Assembly (NCBI GenBank): GCA_013265495.1 | Contig: MU058384.1 | Span: 5,080,792 to 5,144,791, forward strand | Length of the DNA stretch: 64,000 bases | Source of the DNA: Vicugna vicugna | Lineage: Eukaryota | Direction of reading: 5' to 3' | In this document: positions 12,201-27,200 of the stretch, piece after piece | How the letters are laid out: each line of letters begins with the position of its first letter | Position numbering within the stretch: the first letter of the stretch is position 1 | The notes under the pieces: model-generated | The model's database searches: none | Seen by the model: only the letters and a program-made list of their open reading frames with translations | What the model was told of the DNA's origin: nothing | Position numbers and translations under genes: made by a program

Positions 12201-15200
12201 ATTTCTTTGAACATATTTGTCATTTAGAATTCTTGTTTTCCAAAAGGTAGAATTTTATATTTTTACTTTTTAGAGCTCACATAGAAACACTATCAGAGTA
12301 TAGGTTATGGTGATTTTGGGTAATGTGATTGCAAAGATGACAGTGAAAGGTAAAAAAATTGATAAATTGTACATTTCTGATGTTGACATGCCTGGTTTAT
12401 ATTACGTGACTTAAAGGAAAGCATCATTTTAGTTATAGAATGTATCCCAAGATGAACAAAGATGTAGTTCTCAATGAGTACTTAAACACATAATTATATT
12501 TATTATACTGTGCATAACGCTCTCTGAGGTTGACATCTTTGTCTTCCTGATCCAAGCTGCCATTGCCCTCTGTTTCCTGTCTTTATTAGTAGTATCGCCA
12601 TCTTCCAGTTGCTTAAGCCAGAAACTTAGATAGCATCGTCCTTGATTGCTCTCCCTCGTTTACTTATAATTGATTACCAGTCCTATTACTTCTGCTTTAC
12701 AAATAAGTAAATATATGTGTGTACATATACAGTTGATTGTTATTTGTGGTAGTTGTGTTTTATAAAGTCATAAATTAGTGAACATTGAACAAAATGTGCA
12801 AACATTGACTTAGTGAATATTGAACCATTGCTTCTACAGGAAATACAGGGTTAGGTTTCTGTGATCCTCTGGTCACATTTTTGGTCAACCAGTCAATACA
12901 TAACCTTGTTTTATGTATCTGTTTAAAGAAACTTTATTTAATATAGATTATTTATATGTTATTGATTCACTGACATTAAACTCATGGCCAGTAGCACTAT
13001 AACTTAATGCCTGAACAAAGGTTATCGAACATGTATCTTTTATTTGTAAGGCATATTGCAGCTGCCTTGTGCTTAGGAACACTAGACAGTGCTTCAGACT
13101 ACTCTTGGGGACCATTTTAAACAGCAAAATTACCAACTAAAAATCACAATGTGAAAAATGTGGCAGTGAAGATTAGATCATGAAAAGGATACTTGTTTAC
13201 AGTATGAGAGCTGAAACAAGAAGGCATCACCTTGTTCAGCCTTAACTGGAAACAGGCATGCTGGGCGACTCAAATACTTTGCTGCTCTGCACCTGTCCTC
13301 AGGAGACTGCAAAAGTTCTGCAACTAATAGTTTTGGGGTTACAAATAAATTTTAGCAAGTAGTTGAATTCACAAAGGTGGAATCTTCAAATGAGGATTGA
13401 CTGTACATTTTTCGACCCACTACTCTCCATTCTTATTGTTACTTTTTCTCTTAAAGTCCATTAGCTTTGGGTGGAATTATTAAAATATTTAACTAGCTTC
13501 TTTACTTCTCAGTTTATTTTCCCCAGAACACTTTCTATAATACAGCCAGAGTAACTTTTCCAGAATATAGCTCTAATAATTTTCTGTTCCCTTTTATAAA
13601 CCCTTTATTTTATAAGACCTTTCATCAACTGGTTTCTGTTTGTGTAACCCCCTATCTAAATCCACCCAAGAACACCTACCTGAGTTTCCTCTGCTTCCAT
13701 AGTGCTTTGCTCTTCGCCCTCTGTTTCTCCTTCTGGCAATTAGCTCTTGAGGTTGTAGTTTGTGTATCACTTTACTCCTAATCCTGGAATAGGGGAACCT
13801 TCATCTGGACCCATAGTTCACTGCATTCCTTTTATTGCTACCCCATGTAAAATCATAACTATCCCCTCACACACCCATACATATAGTCCCTTTCCCTTAA
13901 TACTCTTTTTTATTCCTAATAACCCTTACATATTTGACATTGTATGTGTGTACAGTTTTTATTATCTCCCCATCGCTCCTCACACTCTCTCCTCATGCAG
14001 TTTCTATGAATGTAGGGTTTTTATATGTTCATATGCTTATATGCCCCAGCTTAGAACGTATCTGCCACATAAGTGTAGGAAAGGATTTAAAGTAAAAAGT
14101 GAGTCTCACTCTTTAATACAGTCCCATATCTTGTTCCCTAGAGGAAGCTGTGAAACAAATCTGTGAAAAAAAAAGTTTTTTTATATTCTTCTGAAAACAT
14201 TGCTTGCATGTTACACATGTCAAGTGTGTGTGTGTGTGTATGTGTGTGTATAAAGTACCTCTACCCAAATGGGAGGATACTATAACACTGCAATATGTGT
14301 ATCACTTAGCAAAGTATATTATATGTCTTTGCTTACCAGCATATAGAGATTAATCTCATTCTGTTTAACAGCTGTGTAGAATTTCCTAATATATACATTA
14401 AAAGCCCCTGTTGATAAACATTTTAAGTTGTTACCACTAATGACAAAGTGAGCATCTTGCATTTCTAGAAATTGAATTTCTAGGCCAATAAGTATAAACT
14501 TAAATTTTTTGATAGATACTGTGTTATTGTCCTTAATAGAGGTTCTGCTAATTTCCTTCCCACAAGTTTATGAGTGTTTCTATTTAAATTCTCACAGATA
14601 GGGTTATTACTCTTTTTGGTATTATGCCAACCTGATAATTGGAAAATATTTTTTCACTTATTTATATGTCTTTAATGAGTTAGGCTGACTACTTTGTCAT
14701 ATATTTAAATCTATATATGTTTCTTTTTCTTGGAACTACCGGTTCCTCATCTTTACCCATTTTTCTGCTAGCTGTCTTTCATAATGGCTTCTAGGAATAT
14801 ATATATGTGTGTGTGTGTGTGTGTGTATTTAATATATTTAATTTTTATATTTAAATTCTGAGAAAATCATTTTATTATATGCATGGAAACTACTTTTTCT
14901 AATTCTCAGTTTGTCATTTTTAGAAGACAAATTATTTTATCATATTCAAATGTATTAATCTTTTCTTTCATGGGCTTTTGTTTGAAAGTTCTGCTCTACT
15001 ACAAGATAATAGATAATTTTTAAAAAATTGTTTGTTTCTTCTAATACGTTGGACAGGTTTTTGTTTTTGTTTTGTTTTTTTTACATTTAAGTGTTTGGTC
15101 CAGCTGCTATTAAGGGGGTAAGGTAAGATTTTTCTACCAATATCTTTTCTCTTTCCAATAGCTGGATTTGTTATAGTTACTTTTGTTGCCTTACAGATCC

Positions 15201-18200
15201 TTTTTCTTTTTAATCTGATTTGAAATGCCATCTGTGACATACACTAAATTCTTCTCTCTCCCGTTGTCTTACCTACTTTGGGACTGTACAATTCCGTTTC
15301 TTTGTGTTGTTCTATGCCATTATCAAGTTTTTAATTACTGCAGCTTTTTATTACTGTCAGTTTTTTAATATTCTGTAGGCTGTCTTGGTTTTTTTCCTTT
15401 CCTTTTTCATAGTTTTCCTGAGTTATCTCACGTGGCTGTTTTTTCCACAGGAGCTTTAGAAACAGCTTGTCAGATTACTGGAAAAAACCCAGTTCTGACT
15501 GTTATTGGGATGTTTTTGGAGAAAACAGATTATTTAAATAGATTATTACATTATTTTAGTAGACTTTCTGGTATTGATCTAGTCTTGTAATATTGGAACA
15601 TTCCTAATTGGTCATGGTGGATTATTCTTTTAATGGAATAGATTTTATTTGATAATATTTTATATAAAATTGTTCTATCTATTCATAAAATTGATTCACA
15701 ATTGTATGTATATGTTCTTTGTCAGCTTTTGGTTTTTCTTGTGATGGTTTTATAGAGAACTTACAAAGCTTTTCTTTATCCTTAAATAATTTGAAGACCA
15801 TTAAAATTATTGGTTTCATGATAGGAATTGTCTTTCTTAATATTATAAGGACAGTTTGGAAGTTTTAATTTTCTGAGAAAATTATCCATTTTGTCCAGGT
15901 TGACAAATGTATTTGTTTAGCATTGTAGCAAACATTGTCTTAATTTAAATTCTTCTGTGCTGTAGTTAAATCTCCATTATTTTAAATATTGTTTTCTCTT
16001 CTCTACTTTTCCCCTCTGTCAGCTTCTTCCCCTTTTTTTTTATCTTATAATTTATTTTTCTTCCCCAAAAGATGGGCTCCTAGATTGATAATTGGTCCTA
16101 CTGATTTTAATTTGTTGGTTTATGAGTTATGACCTAATCTCTTTTCTGTTTTTAATTTTCTTCCTTTCTAAGTGAACATTTAATTTAAATACATTAAAAA
16201 TTAATATTAATTTATGAAATTTCAAACAGAAAATGACATTCATGAACCCACCATTTAGTTTCAACAGAAGGTAACATTTTACCACACATACTTCAGATCT
16301 CTCTCTCTGTTCTAAGAAATAAATTGTTAGATGGGAATCCAAGCTCTACCCTTCCCTCATTCCTCCTCACTGCCTTGAAGTTGATGTGTGTTGTTCCCTT
16401 TCTCTCTTACTTAACTTTTGTCTCTGTAGTTTTTATTTTTCTTATGAATACTATATTTACTGTGACATGTGGGCTTTTTTAGGTTATTTTTTTCTGGATT
16501 CTGTTAGAGTGACTGTTATTTTCTGGATATTCTGCAATTTAATTTTGATTTCCTTTTTAAGCCAAGAATCTAAGTTAAAAAAAAAAAATCCCAGGTTGTT
16601 GTGGGATTTTTGTTTGCTGTTTTCATTATGATTACTGGTTTCATTGTATTGTTATCAGAGAATGTGGTCTGTGCCTTTTACTTTTTGAAGTTTATTGAGT
16701 TTTCCTTTGTGGTCCAATGTAGTTTTATGATGATTTCATAGGTACATGTCAAGGATATGAATTTCATCTGAAGAATACAACTTATGATATATTTCTGTTC
16801 CTTTTCAAATTTTCATCGAGTTCAGTATTCTTAATTAACTTCTGTTTCCTTGATTGGCAATAGGCAGGGAGGTAAGTTAAAATATGTCTTATTACTTATA
16901 GATTTCATGCTAAGTTTTATTTGCCCATTCTTTTGCTTGTGTTTTGAGTCACTTTGGTTTTGTTTTGTTTTCTGTATTTGTGTATAATTGGATTTGTTAG
17001 GGACAAATAATTATTTCCCACTTATGGCGTTGATAGAATAGATATAATACCTTCTGTCACTTAAAAAATATCCTGTTGTCTTTTATATTGATGTATTTTG
17101 ATATATGGCCTGTGCTTATTTTGACTTTGTATATACCCTTTGATAACTTGGAAATGTTATAGTTCATCTTTATAATATAATAACATTACCATTTAAAAAA
17201 ATTTACCAACTTTAAACAGTATGTATGTGTTGATCTCATTATGAAAGATGAAGAAATTAACATACTTATACTTCACCTCCTCTTTATTTCTCATAATTTT
17301 GGTTAATATTTTAAGTTCTTAGGGAAAGTATTTTTATACCTTTTATGATATATTTAAATTCCTATTAATTGAATTATTATCTTTAAACTGTTTTTTAATA
17401 AGTCTTGGCTTTAAAATTTGAACTCATCAGTTATACTTTTTCATACTTGACCTCTTCTTGCCCTTTATCTCCTGATATTTTTAGTCATATTATTTTTTTG
17501 TTGCCAAGATTTATATAGTATTTTCCTTAGATTCTGTACTCAAAATTTCCTTTATTTTAAACCAGCCATAGTTATCTTAAAATTGCTTGGTTTCATGATT
17601 AGGCCTCTGTTTATCTCTTGTTTGACTTTGCCATCTTTTCTACCTCTCACCTTCCCCTCCCCCCCCAAAATACAGATGTTTGAAATATTTCCCAAACTGC
17701 TGAATATACGAAAATGATTCTGTGATCTATACCTGCATTATAAATGATAGTCCTTGTCCTCTTTCTTTCCTGGAAAGCTTTGTAGACATTGCAGTACTGT
17801 TTTCTATTATTGTATGTTGCTAGCTGACCCCATTTGCTTCCACTGTGGCTTTTATTTCTGTAAGAGGTTTTTTTTTTCCCCTAATGTATATTTCTTGTGA
17901 GCTCAGTTGGTCTACTTTTTAACTTTTTCTCCTGTTGTTTTTGTCATCTTTTCTTTTATCCTCTTTCTGTGTTGTGTGTGTATATTTTTGGGGGGGGGGA
18001 AGTGGGATAGAAACATCTTTATTTTGTCTCTTTAACTGGATATATGTTTCCAACAGCACTTGATTAGATTAAATGCCCCCATCAGCTGTGAAACTAGATT
18101 GAGTTTAGACGCTTGTGAATAATTTCTTCCTGGGTATGTGGTATGGCAGACCTTGTTCCAAAGGTTTAGATGCTTAGATATAATGATTCCACTGTCCATA

Positions 18201-21200
18201 TTGACCTGACTTTATAATGACATACCACTGAACAGTCTAGGAGAAAACTTCTTTTAGTGTACTTAATTTGGAGAATTTTTCAATATTTTTGTATTTTTAG
18301 AATTTGGAATGGGAACTTAATATCTATATGAAAGTGTTTTATCATGGTAATAAGTTGGAACTCTTTAATTTCTAAAATAATGTATTAAATGTTTATGTAT
18401 CTCTTTAACTTAGGTAACATTTTAGTTTATTTTATTAACATATATAATATTGAAAGCAACCACTGGCAAATACAAATAACCTTAGAATGGGTTATCATAT
18501 AATTTTGTTATACATTTATATGGTTGGACTGCTAAAAAGTCTTTATTTACGGAGTAAAATTATGAGACAATCTTTATTTTCTGATGGTATTTTCTTTGCC
18601 TAGCGAGGGGAAATATACTCCCAAAATTATAAAACTTAGTAACAAGTTACTCTTGGGTTTTTTTTTCCCCCACAAAAAAAAATCCATAAATTGAAATACC
18701 TATAGTATTATTGTTTGGGAGGAAAGTTCTTGGCAGAGAAATCTAATTCATGGTTTAAAATTTTGTAATCAGTCAGCCAACTTGAAAGAGAAATAGTTTT
18801 CAACAAAATGGATATTACTGTCTGAAATAAGGCTTAATTCTTTTGATTGCTGTTGAGGCTTTTTCTAACATTGGGTTTATTTTGACACTTTTAGGAAAAA
18901 TAGTTGATTAAAAAAAAGTATGCGTTACTTTTGAAAAGAAAAAAATAGTTGGTTTACAAATATGGAAAAGGAATCGTGTAATTTAAATTTAACATTTTAT
19001 GTGGTTCTTAAAATTGCTGTTTCCATTGCCTCACAAATAAAGTAGCCAATAAATGTTTATATTAATCAGATTATTAAGAAAGTTGCTTAAAAGTATTAGA
19101 GGCTTTGGAGAAATACTGGGCAGTTCAGCTTCTCCTTTTGATAAGATTTGTCTTAAGTAGTATTGGTTTGCTCATACTGTTTAGAAACCTGTTATGCATC
19201 ATTTTCCTTTCCCTTTGAATTTAATCTAGTTTTCTCTTCAAGTGAAGTTTTCATTTACAAAATAAAGCCTAATTTTACATAATGAGGATATAGTTATTAG
19301 CATTGTTTTGCTAGTTTTGTAGTATTAATAGTCTATTAAACAAATTTCATATAGTGTATCTATATACTGCTATTTGAATATCTGTAAATATAACTTGTAC
19401 TCAGATCATGATTATCCTGTTCTTGAGTCTTAATGGCAGTTTGTTCCCTAGAGAAGGTACAGGAAATTAAAAAAAAAAAAAGATAAAGCAGAGCGATAAA
19501 CAACTGGAACATGATCATTTTTTTTTCTACTTGTTTATTGTGCTGTATTGCCTCTTTCTTTGACATTACCCAAGTAACTAAATAGGAGTAATAATGATGT
19601 TAGATTTTTAGAAGGAGATGTAACCTCTTTTTTTCTCCCTTCTCAGGTCAAATGTATTATGAAACTTTATCCTTATCCTGGAAATAAAGACTGATTAATT
19701 TGAAAAGTCTGTGTTACAAAGAAAAATTATTAATATGAGATCTTATGAACACTTCTAAATCTGCATGAACTTTTCAGTAATATCCTTAAACTATATATTT
19801 TATTTTGCTCTAATCCTTTTATGTAGGGAGTTTAAAATAGGCATATTTAACTAATTTTTTATGTCCCTTTTTAAATGTATTTTTCTTTGAAAATTTTTTC
19901 ATTAATTTTTCTATTACTTAGTAATTTTATTCACACAGTTAGAAGAATTTTGTACTTGTACAGAAAACTTCAGAATTAAGTGGCTTTCTGCTTTAAAATT
20001 ATGTGGGCTTTTGAAAGGAAGTGGTTTATTTCAGTGAAAAAGCTTAAGTAGTTCAGAATGTTCTGATATGTCTTAAGATTCTCTTTGTATAGACACCTAC
20101 ACTGGAAAAACTGAAGCACTAATTGCTTAATTTAAAAATAATTTGCTATAGATTCTCAAAACAGCTTATTTTCTTCATGAATAGCCATTAGCTTATAAGA
20201 ATTGCATGAATGTTAAATGTAGTATTCTTTTAATCCTAATTACTTTGCTTTTTAGTAAACCATAAAAATTATAATTAGATTACATGTATTTGTATATACT
20301 TTCTTATTTCATTCCAAGGCAATCATAAATTCTTTTTAATATTTTTTGAGTGCTTGGCATGTGCAAAGAACTGCTGAGTATTTAACAAGGGATTAGGATT
20401 AGAGTTGAAGCAGATAAATACAATTCAGGTTAGCCAGCGTTTATTACATTTTCTTTTTATCAGAAAAAATGTGGTAGCCTTTGGGAACATAGATTTAAGT
20501 CCTAGACTTTTCCCTGGGACTTTATGGTAGCCGCTCAGGAGATAAGACTGTTTAATAGAAGCACCAAATAAAGCCAAGGTGTTTTCCATGTGGACATGTT
20601 GCCTGTTTCTTTTTCTTGGCTATGTGTAAAAGTAGTCTGTTCTGGGAGCTGCTACCGCCTTAGTTAACATAGGGAAGTGAATTAATACATTGAGTGTAAC
20701 TTTGTGTCAGGCTTTGTATGTATTTTATTTGGTTATTATGAAACTGGGAGGTAGGTGGAAGAAACTGAGCTATTTCACACAGCTATTAAGAAGCAAATTG
20801 CAACTCAAACTGAGGTCAAACTGAATGCTCTTTTCATTGTTATGTATTACTTGCAATAAATTTTTATATTGTAATGACTTTATCTTTGTTTCCTTAAGAT
20901 ACCAACAAACACAGTCACTTGTTAGGGAAACAAGTTCTGTCAAAAAGACTCCGGCATTCCTATGTAGAGAATTGGTATCAATTTCTAAATTCTTGCAAAT
21001 TAGTGGTCCTCAGAAATGAAGTCCTTTTCTAGTTAATTTAATTTTAAATCACTATGTTGCCTTTGATTCCTTACTTGAGCTACAATTCTGTTTCATTTAA
21101 AGTCTTAAAGAATTTAATTTTTTAATAGTTACTAGCTTGGTGCATCTTGAAGCACATGCTTAAGTAATGAATAATAGTGTTTATTGAGTAAAGCTATAAA

Positions 21201-24200
21201 ATCCAAATGAGCCGATGGATACCTAAGCCCATTATTCAGAATTTAAAACTAAGAGCAATTTGATGCATTTAAGCAATAATAGTAGGCAATATTAATGAAG
21301 ACTTACTACACACCGGATATTATACTTAACTCTTTATATCTGCTATCTTATTAAATATTCACAATAATCATACAGAGTAGAAATTATTTTTATCCGGTGT
21401 CAACCAGGAAGCTCTGAGGCTGAAAAATGGCTACACACCTTGCCTAAGGTCACAAAACTAGTAAATGGTGGAACCAACATTCAGAATAAGATGCTTCTAA
21501 TACTAAAGCTCTTCTGTCTTTTATAGTTTGTGTATGTTTCTAAATATAGGGAATGCCAGTTCCTTTTTTAAAAAATGAGGCCACACTCCACTTTTTAACC
21601 CATTTAACCTAATCATGTGCTACAGACATTAATTTTTTTTTTACTGTGTTAAATTTTATTCTTAATTGTAAAATACACATAACATAAAATTTACCATGTT
21701 AACCATTTGTAAGCATACAGTTCAGAAATGTTAAGTATATTCACATTGTTGTGCGCCCAATCTCCAGAACTTTTTTATTTTGTAAAACTGAAACTCAGTA
21801 CTTACTCAACAATTCTTCCGTTTTCCTCTCCCCTAGTCCCTAGCCAACTACTCAAAGCCCTTTTTTTGGTATGCCAATTAATTTAGGCTACATAGTATTG
21901 TTATTTTATTTAACTAAATGGCTATTATAGGGATTTAAGTTTTTCAATATATTTTTACAAAAAATGCTTCAGTAAACATGTTTTTACATTTTGTGTGTTT
22001 TTTCAATTAAAAAAAGGATTTTTCTAAAGTAGTATTGCTAGATAAAGTATAGTCATTTTTAAGGGTTTTAGTATGTATTGTGAAGTTACTTTCAGAAAGA
22101 TTGTACCAGTTTACTTCTTACGTTTAATTGTTAATCATAATAACATTGATAGCATTAATGTATAAGGGATAACTATATTCCACAGAAGGATTTTATATTC
22201 ATATTGAAGTTTTCATTCATGAATAGATAAGAATCAGAGATGAAATATGCCTTTGGGAGGGAGGGATTGTTGTGATGAGAGTCACCTTTGTGTCCCTGAA
22301 AATTGTGTCCATGGTGCATTGTGCATGCTGTTATAGGTTGGCAGTGTCTAAATTACCATTTTTTCATGAGAAAATAGTACCTAACCTAGAAGTTTCTATC
22401 AGAAGTAAAATAACCCATGACACAAAAAGAGTGCTCAACAAGTGAAGTTAGTTCAAAAAAATAAAGTGTTCTTTTACTACCACCTAAGGAACAAGTACTG
22501 CTAAAAAGTGATTGTGTCAGTCTAATGCACTGAGGTGCTTACAGGATTTCCATTGACTTTTTTTTTGGTCATTCATGATATTTTTATGTCAGCCCTTTTG
22601 GGGAAAATTACCTAGCCTCTTTCTCCTCATGTAGCCACTTTTAACAGCCTGGTATAGATTATTCCATGCATTTATTTTCATGTAATTTTATATAAAAATA
22701 GACACATATAGGGATTTTTCACTACTATTCTAAAAAAAATGTATATTTTCCTTATACTGTCCACTGGAGTATTTCCAATGTATTCTTTGATTATATAATA
22801 TTCCATGGTGTGGCTGTAATACAATTTATTCAAGATTTCCCATATTGAAGGATATTCATTGTATTTCCAAATTTTGCTTTTGTGAACTATGCTGTTTATA
22901 GAACATCTGTGTCCATAGCCTTAAAACTAGGGCTTTTGAGTCTGTAAGATAGATCCCCTCTGATGGGATTGCTGGGTTGAGAGGTATATTGTTTGATTTA
23001 AATAGATGTGGCCCTTGCTTAATGAGAGGTAACGTTCATCCCCCTTCCAGAAGTGTGTCATTACTTATCTTGATTTTGGACATTGCTGCTTTGATTTGCA
23101 TTTCTGTGACCATTAATGAAGTTGTGTGTGTTGTCATATATTAGCTTGCCATTTGAACTTGTTCTGTGGATTGCTAAGTATATCTTTTGCCCATTTTTTA
23201 ATTGAGTTGTCTTTTTCTTATTAATTGAAAGTCTTTTTATATTATAAATATTAATCTTTTATTAGCATATGCATTGTAAATAATTTTCCCAGTCTTTATT
23301 TTCTTTATGATTTCTCTTTCTACAGAAAAATTTAAAACCTTCATATTGCTATATCTTTTTCCACTTGCCAGGTTACAGTCTTGAATTAAAAACAAAAACC
23401 CTTAACCTCTTTGTTATACATATTCTAAGTTTTCTTTTGAGAGAATTATATGTGATTTTTTTACATTTAAGACTTAATTCCTCTAAAATATATTTCTGTG
23501 TAAAAGTGTAAAAAAGGGTCAAAATTTATTTTCTTTCAGATTTTTATTAGAATTTTAAAAAGGCATCAGCTTGTATGCCGTGACCTGCAGCATGTAGTAT
23601 AAAAGAAGGAGATGGTAGCTTTCAAGTTAGATTAATGTTGTTTTGCAACCTAGCTCTTTCGTATGTTATCTGCATGACCTTAGTAAAGTTACTAGATTTC
23701 TCTGAGACTTGGTTTTCTTCATTAAAATGGCAATAATATTATCTACCTCAAAATATTACGATAATATTATGATGATTTATCCTTAATCCAGCTTCTACCA
23801 TGTAGTAGTCTTTTAAAACAGTGTTTCCCTTTCCTTCCCTTTACTAATTGCTTTAAAGTTCATTATATTCCTTACTATGGAGTTATTTCTGGATATGGGG
23901 TAATATTGCATATTACCAAGTCTTCTTAAGTTATTTAGGAATGACTCTTTGTCCCACATATGAATTCAAGATGATGTCTGGAGATAGTGTATGATCTATT
24001 GTATATCTTTTTAAAACTTAAATTTATTTGGAATTAATCAAATACAGTAGCCCCTCCCTGTCTTTACAGTCTTATTGTAGAATATGTCAAAGCAAGCGGT
24101 TAGGAAAGAAATTGAAGACCAGGTTGAAATAAGGATTAAGTTGGCCTGTGTATGTGTGTGTATTTTACAGTCACTAAAACAAAATGGTGTAAATGACACC

Positions 24201-27200
24201 TAAATAATGAGAATATTAATGAAATTTCATGCCTTTGTAATTTGATTATTAATGCTGGTTAAATTTTCATTTATCATCTCTTGCTAGTTGGACCCTTTTC
24301 TTGAAATTTTCAGCAAGCTTCTTGTAAACGTTTTTTCTTATTTCAGCTCATATGCGTCGTTTGAGCCTTTTATTTCCGCTATGCCTTTTCCTCTACCTAG
24401 ATGTTTAGTATTTTTCTGATTGTATGACTAGGGGTTGTTGATTCTCACTGCTAGTTTCTACAGTAATTTTGGAAGAGCACAGGTACTTGTGTAGGCTGTT
24501 TGGATTTATATTCCAGCAGAACCACCTATCTGTTAGCTGTGTGCCCTTAGCAGATTACCTGTGTCACAGTTTTCCCATGTGTAAAATTAGGATATAATAG
24601 TTCTTATTTTTTAGGGTAGTTTTGATGTTAAATGAAGTCTTATATTAAGCCATTGTAGTATTTCTTGGCAAATAATAGGACCTCATTAAATTTAGATTAC
24701 TTGATGTTGTTGAGATATTTCTCAAATATACATTCTTAGCTTTGCCCATAGAAGCATCATAGTGAAGTTTAAGACATGAAGGGTTAACATGATTTGTTAG
24801 GGAGTTGCTGGAGGATAGGTAATTCCAGGAATGATGATACTGATGAGATCTCTCAGGGAGAGTTTAGAGTAAGCTAAAACAGGCCTATAGAGGAATGGTG
24901 GAGAACACCGATACACTTGTCTAGTTTTCTTTAAAAGAGTTTTTATGTTTACAGTTTCATTCTGTAAAATAAAAAGGCTTTATTTTTTAGGCTGTCGTAT
25001 TTCTTGTCTAAAAAAACAAAATTTTTATCACAGCAATGATATTTACAAGTGAAATATAAATGGCTTTTTTAAAGGAAAATTATTAGTAACACAGTATTGA
25101 CTTTATTCCTTTCAACTTTTGAAGTAGCAAGAATTTTTATTAGTCATAATATCGTAATTTAAATTAATGGCACATATTAGATTATAAAATTTTGTGGGTA
25201 CTACTTCAAGGTACTGTTCAGTCTAATAAAAGGTTGAAATCTGTTCATCAGAAGTTTTTTAATTTTTAAGAATTGCTAGCTCAGTGATATTTATAGAAAA
25301 TTGAGGTTTAAAACATTTTTTCTTTTGTGTAATAGGAGATGGATAATGTATGATGAATTTGATGAGGCAGGTTTTTCTATATGAAGGGTGTTTTAAAATA
25401 ATTCATACTGAACAAATCACAGTGTGGCTCTAATACTGAAGGAAGTGGTTTATTCTCTGTAGCCTAGTTGGTGTACTTTCTGAATGTACATCTGATAACT
25501 AGAATTTAAATGTGTAGTCAGATTCAGTGAAATGATTTCCTATTTGAAATAGTTTTTCATTGAAAATTTAATGCTGATTTCTTTGAAATTTTGAAAATCT
25601 TTTGTGTGTACCTATATTGAAACATTTATAGGAACAATAATGATTAATGGCAAAAAGTATATTTACCTGGAAGACCTCATTTTTAAAAAATAATCTTAAA
25701 TGTTCTTTAAACCCTAGGTGTTTTGATCTGAATGACTTTAAATTGTAAACTTGTCTTCTATTTTAAACATTTAATACAAAAAATAATTTCTCCCTTTTGA
25801 AGTCTTTCAAATCACCTATTAACTTACTGTTTTCCTTAGTATAGAAAAAGGAGAAGTCACTCATGATTTTCTTACCCAAAGACAAAATCTTGTGTTTTCC
25901 CACATTTCCTTTCAGTATTTTTACTCTTTATGTTATTAAGGTTTGTACATACAAATTATTATACATACAGTTTTGTACCGTGTGTTTTCCCTCTTCATTT
26001 TCTATCTACATGCACATATTTTAAAATGTAGAATCAATTTTTATATCCCAGTTTGATTCAGAGAATACTTTTAAAACATTGATTAAAAATTTTGAAAGGC
26101 ATTTTAAATTTAAAATAAAAATTAGTGTTTCTGTACTAGTGTTTTCACATCTTTATAGGTACTATTCCAATTTGAAATTATTTAATGCCATCAGCTAAAT
26201 AAGCTTATTTTTAAAAAATATCCCTTGTAATACCTCTCATGTTTAGTTTTGGATTTTATATCAAACAAGCAAACTTCGGCTGTTTTGACTGGATTTAAGA
26301 ATATTATTTCCTAGAGAACTGTTTTCACTAACTAGTACCCTATTTGATGTGCGTGATAGTATTAAAATGTTCAAAAATTTTAATTGATGTCATTTAGATA
26401 TTTAAAGATACACATATGGGAGCGAGATTCTCACTGAATAGGCTAAGTAGTTACTTTTAAAAATAGGAGGTTGAGGGCAGTAACCTTAAAAGGTCATTTG
26501 AACTGATTTCCTGACCTAAGGCAGGCCTTCAAGCATCTTTTTAGTTAGAAATCTGAAACCAGTCAACAAGAATAGATAGAGTTTGCAAAGAATATTAAAC
26601 TGGATTGGACAAACTGTTTAACTTACATGAACTTCACTTCTTCATCTATAAAGTTGGTTTTATATCAGTTAAGTCTTTCTCAACTAATTTTTCTGTTCCA
26701 GGACATCTGAGATGTAACACTTTCTTATAAGCATCAGTATTTGTTAGTGACAATGATTTTCAAAGGAGGAGGGGTCAAGGATGTACTTGTTTTCTGATCT
26801 ACCTTCTCCCTCCAAACTGAGAATCACTGACTCAGAGAATATATTACTTTTTTCCATATATAAAATTGTACAATATTAGTAAATATTTGAGTGCCTAATA
26901 TGTACCAGGCACTGGACTGGATCTTGTGGAAAGTATTCTAAAAATACCCTTCTGGAGCTCAGAGGTTAGTTGGAGAGGTAAGGCACATACTTTATAATGA
27001 TATTTTATAACACAGATTGAAAACAACACATGCTACATGAAGATACACAAAAGTTTTTTATTTCATGTCACATCATTTTGGCTGGAGTTATCATTTTCAG
27101 GAGTTTGGAATTATTGTGTGTGACCTAAAATTGATGGCATTATGCTATGATGTATGCTTTAGACCCTAAATATCACTTTCCACACCTAAAATTAGCATAA

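Noticed and set aside
20015..25454. Exact 16-mer AAGGAAGTGGTTTATT twice (20015-30 and 25439-54), ETS/RUNX-like
   Set aside because: About one exact 16-mer pair is expected by chance in 64 kb of AT-rich DNA; no other support.
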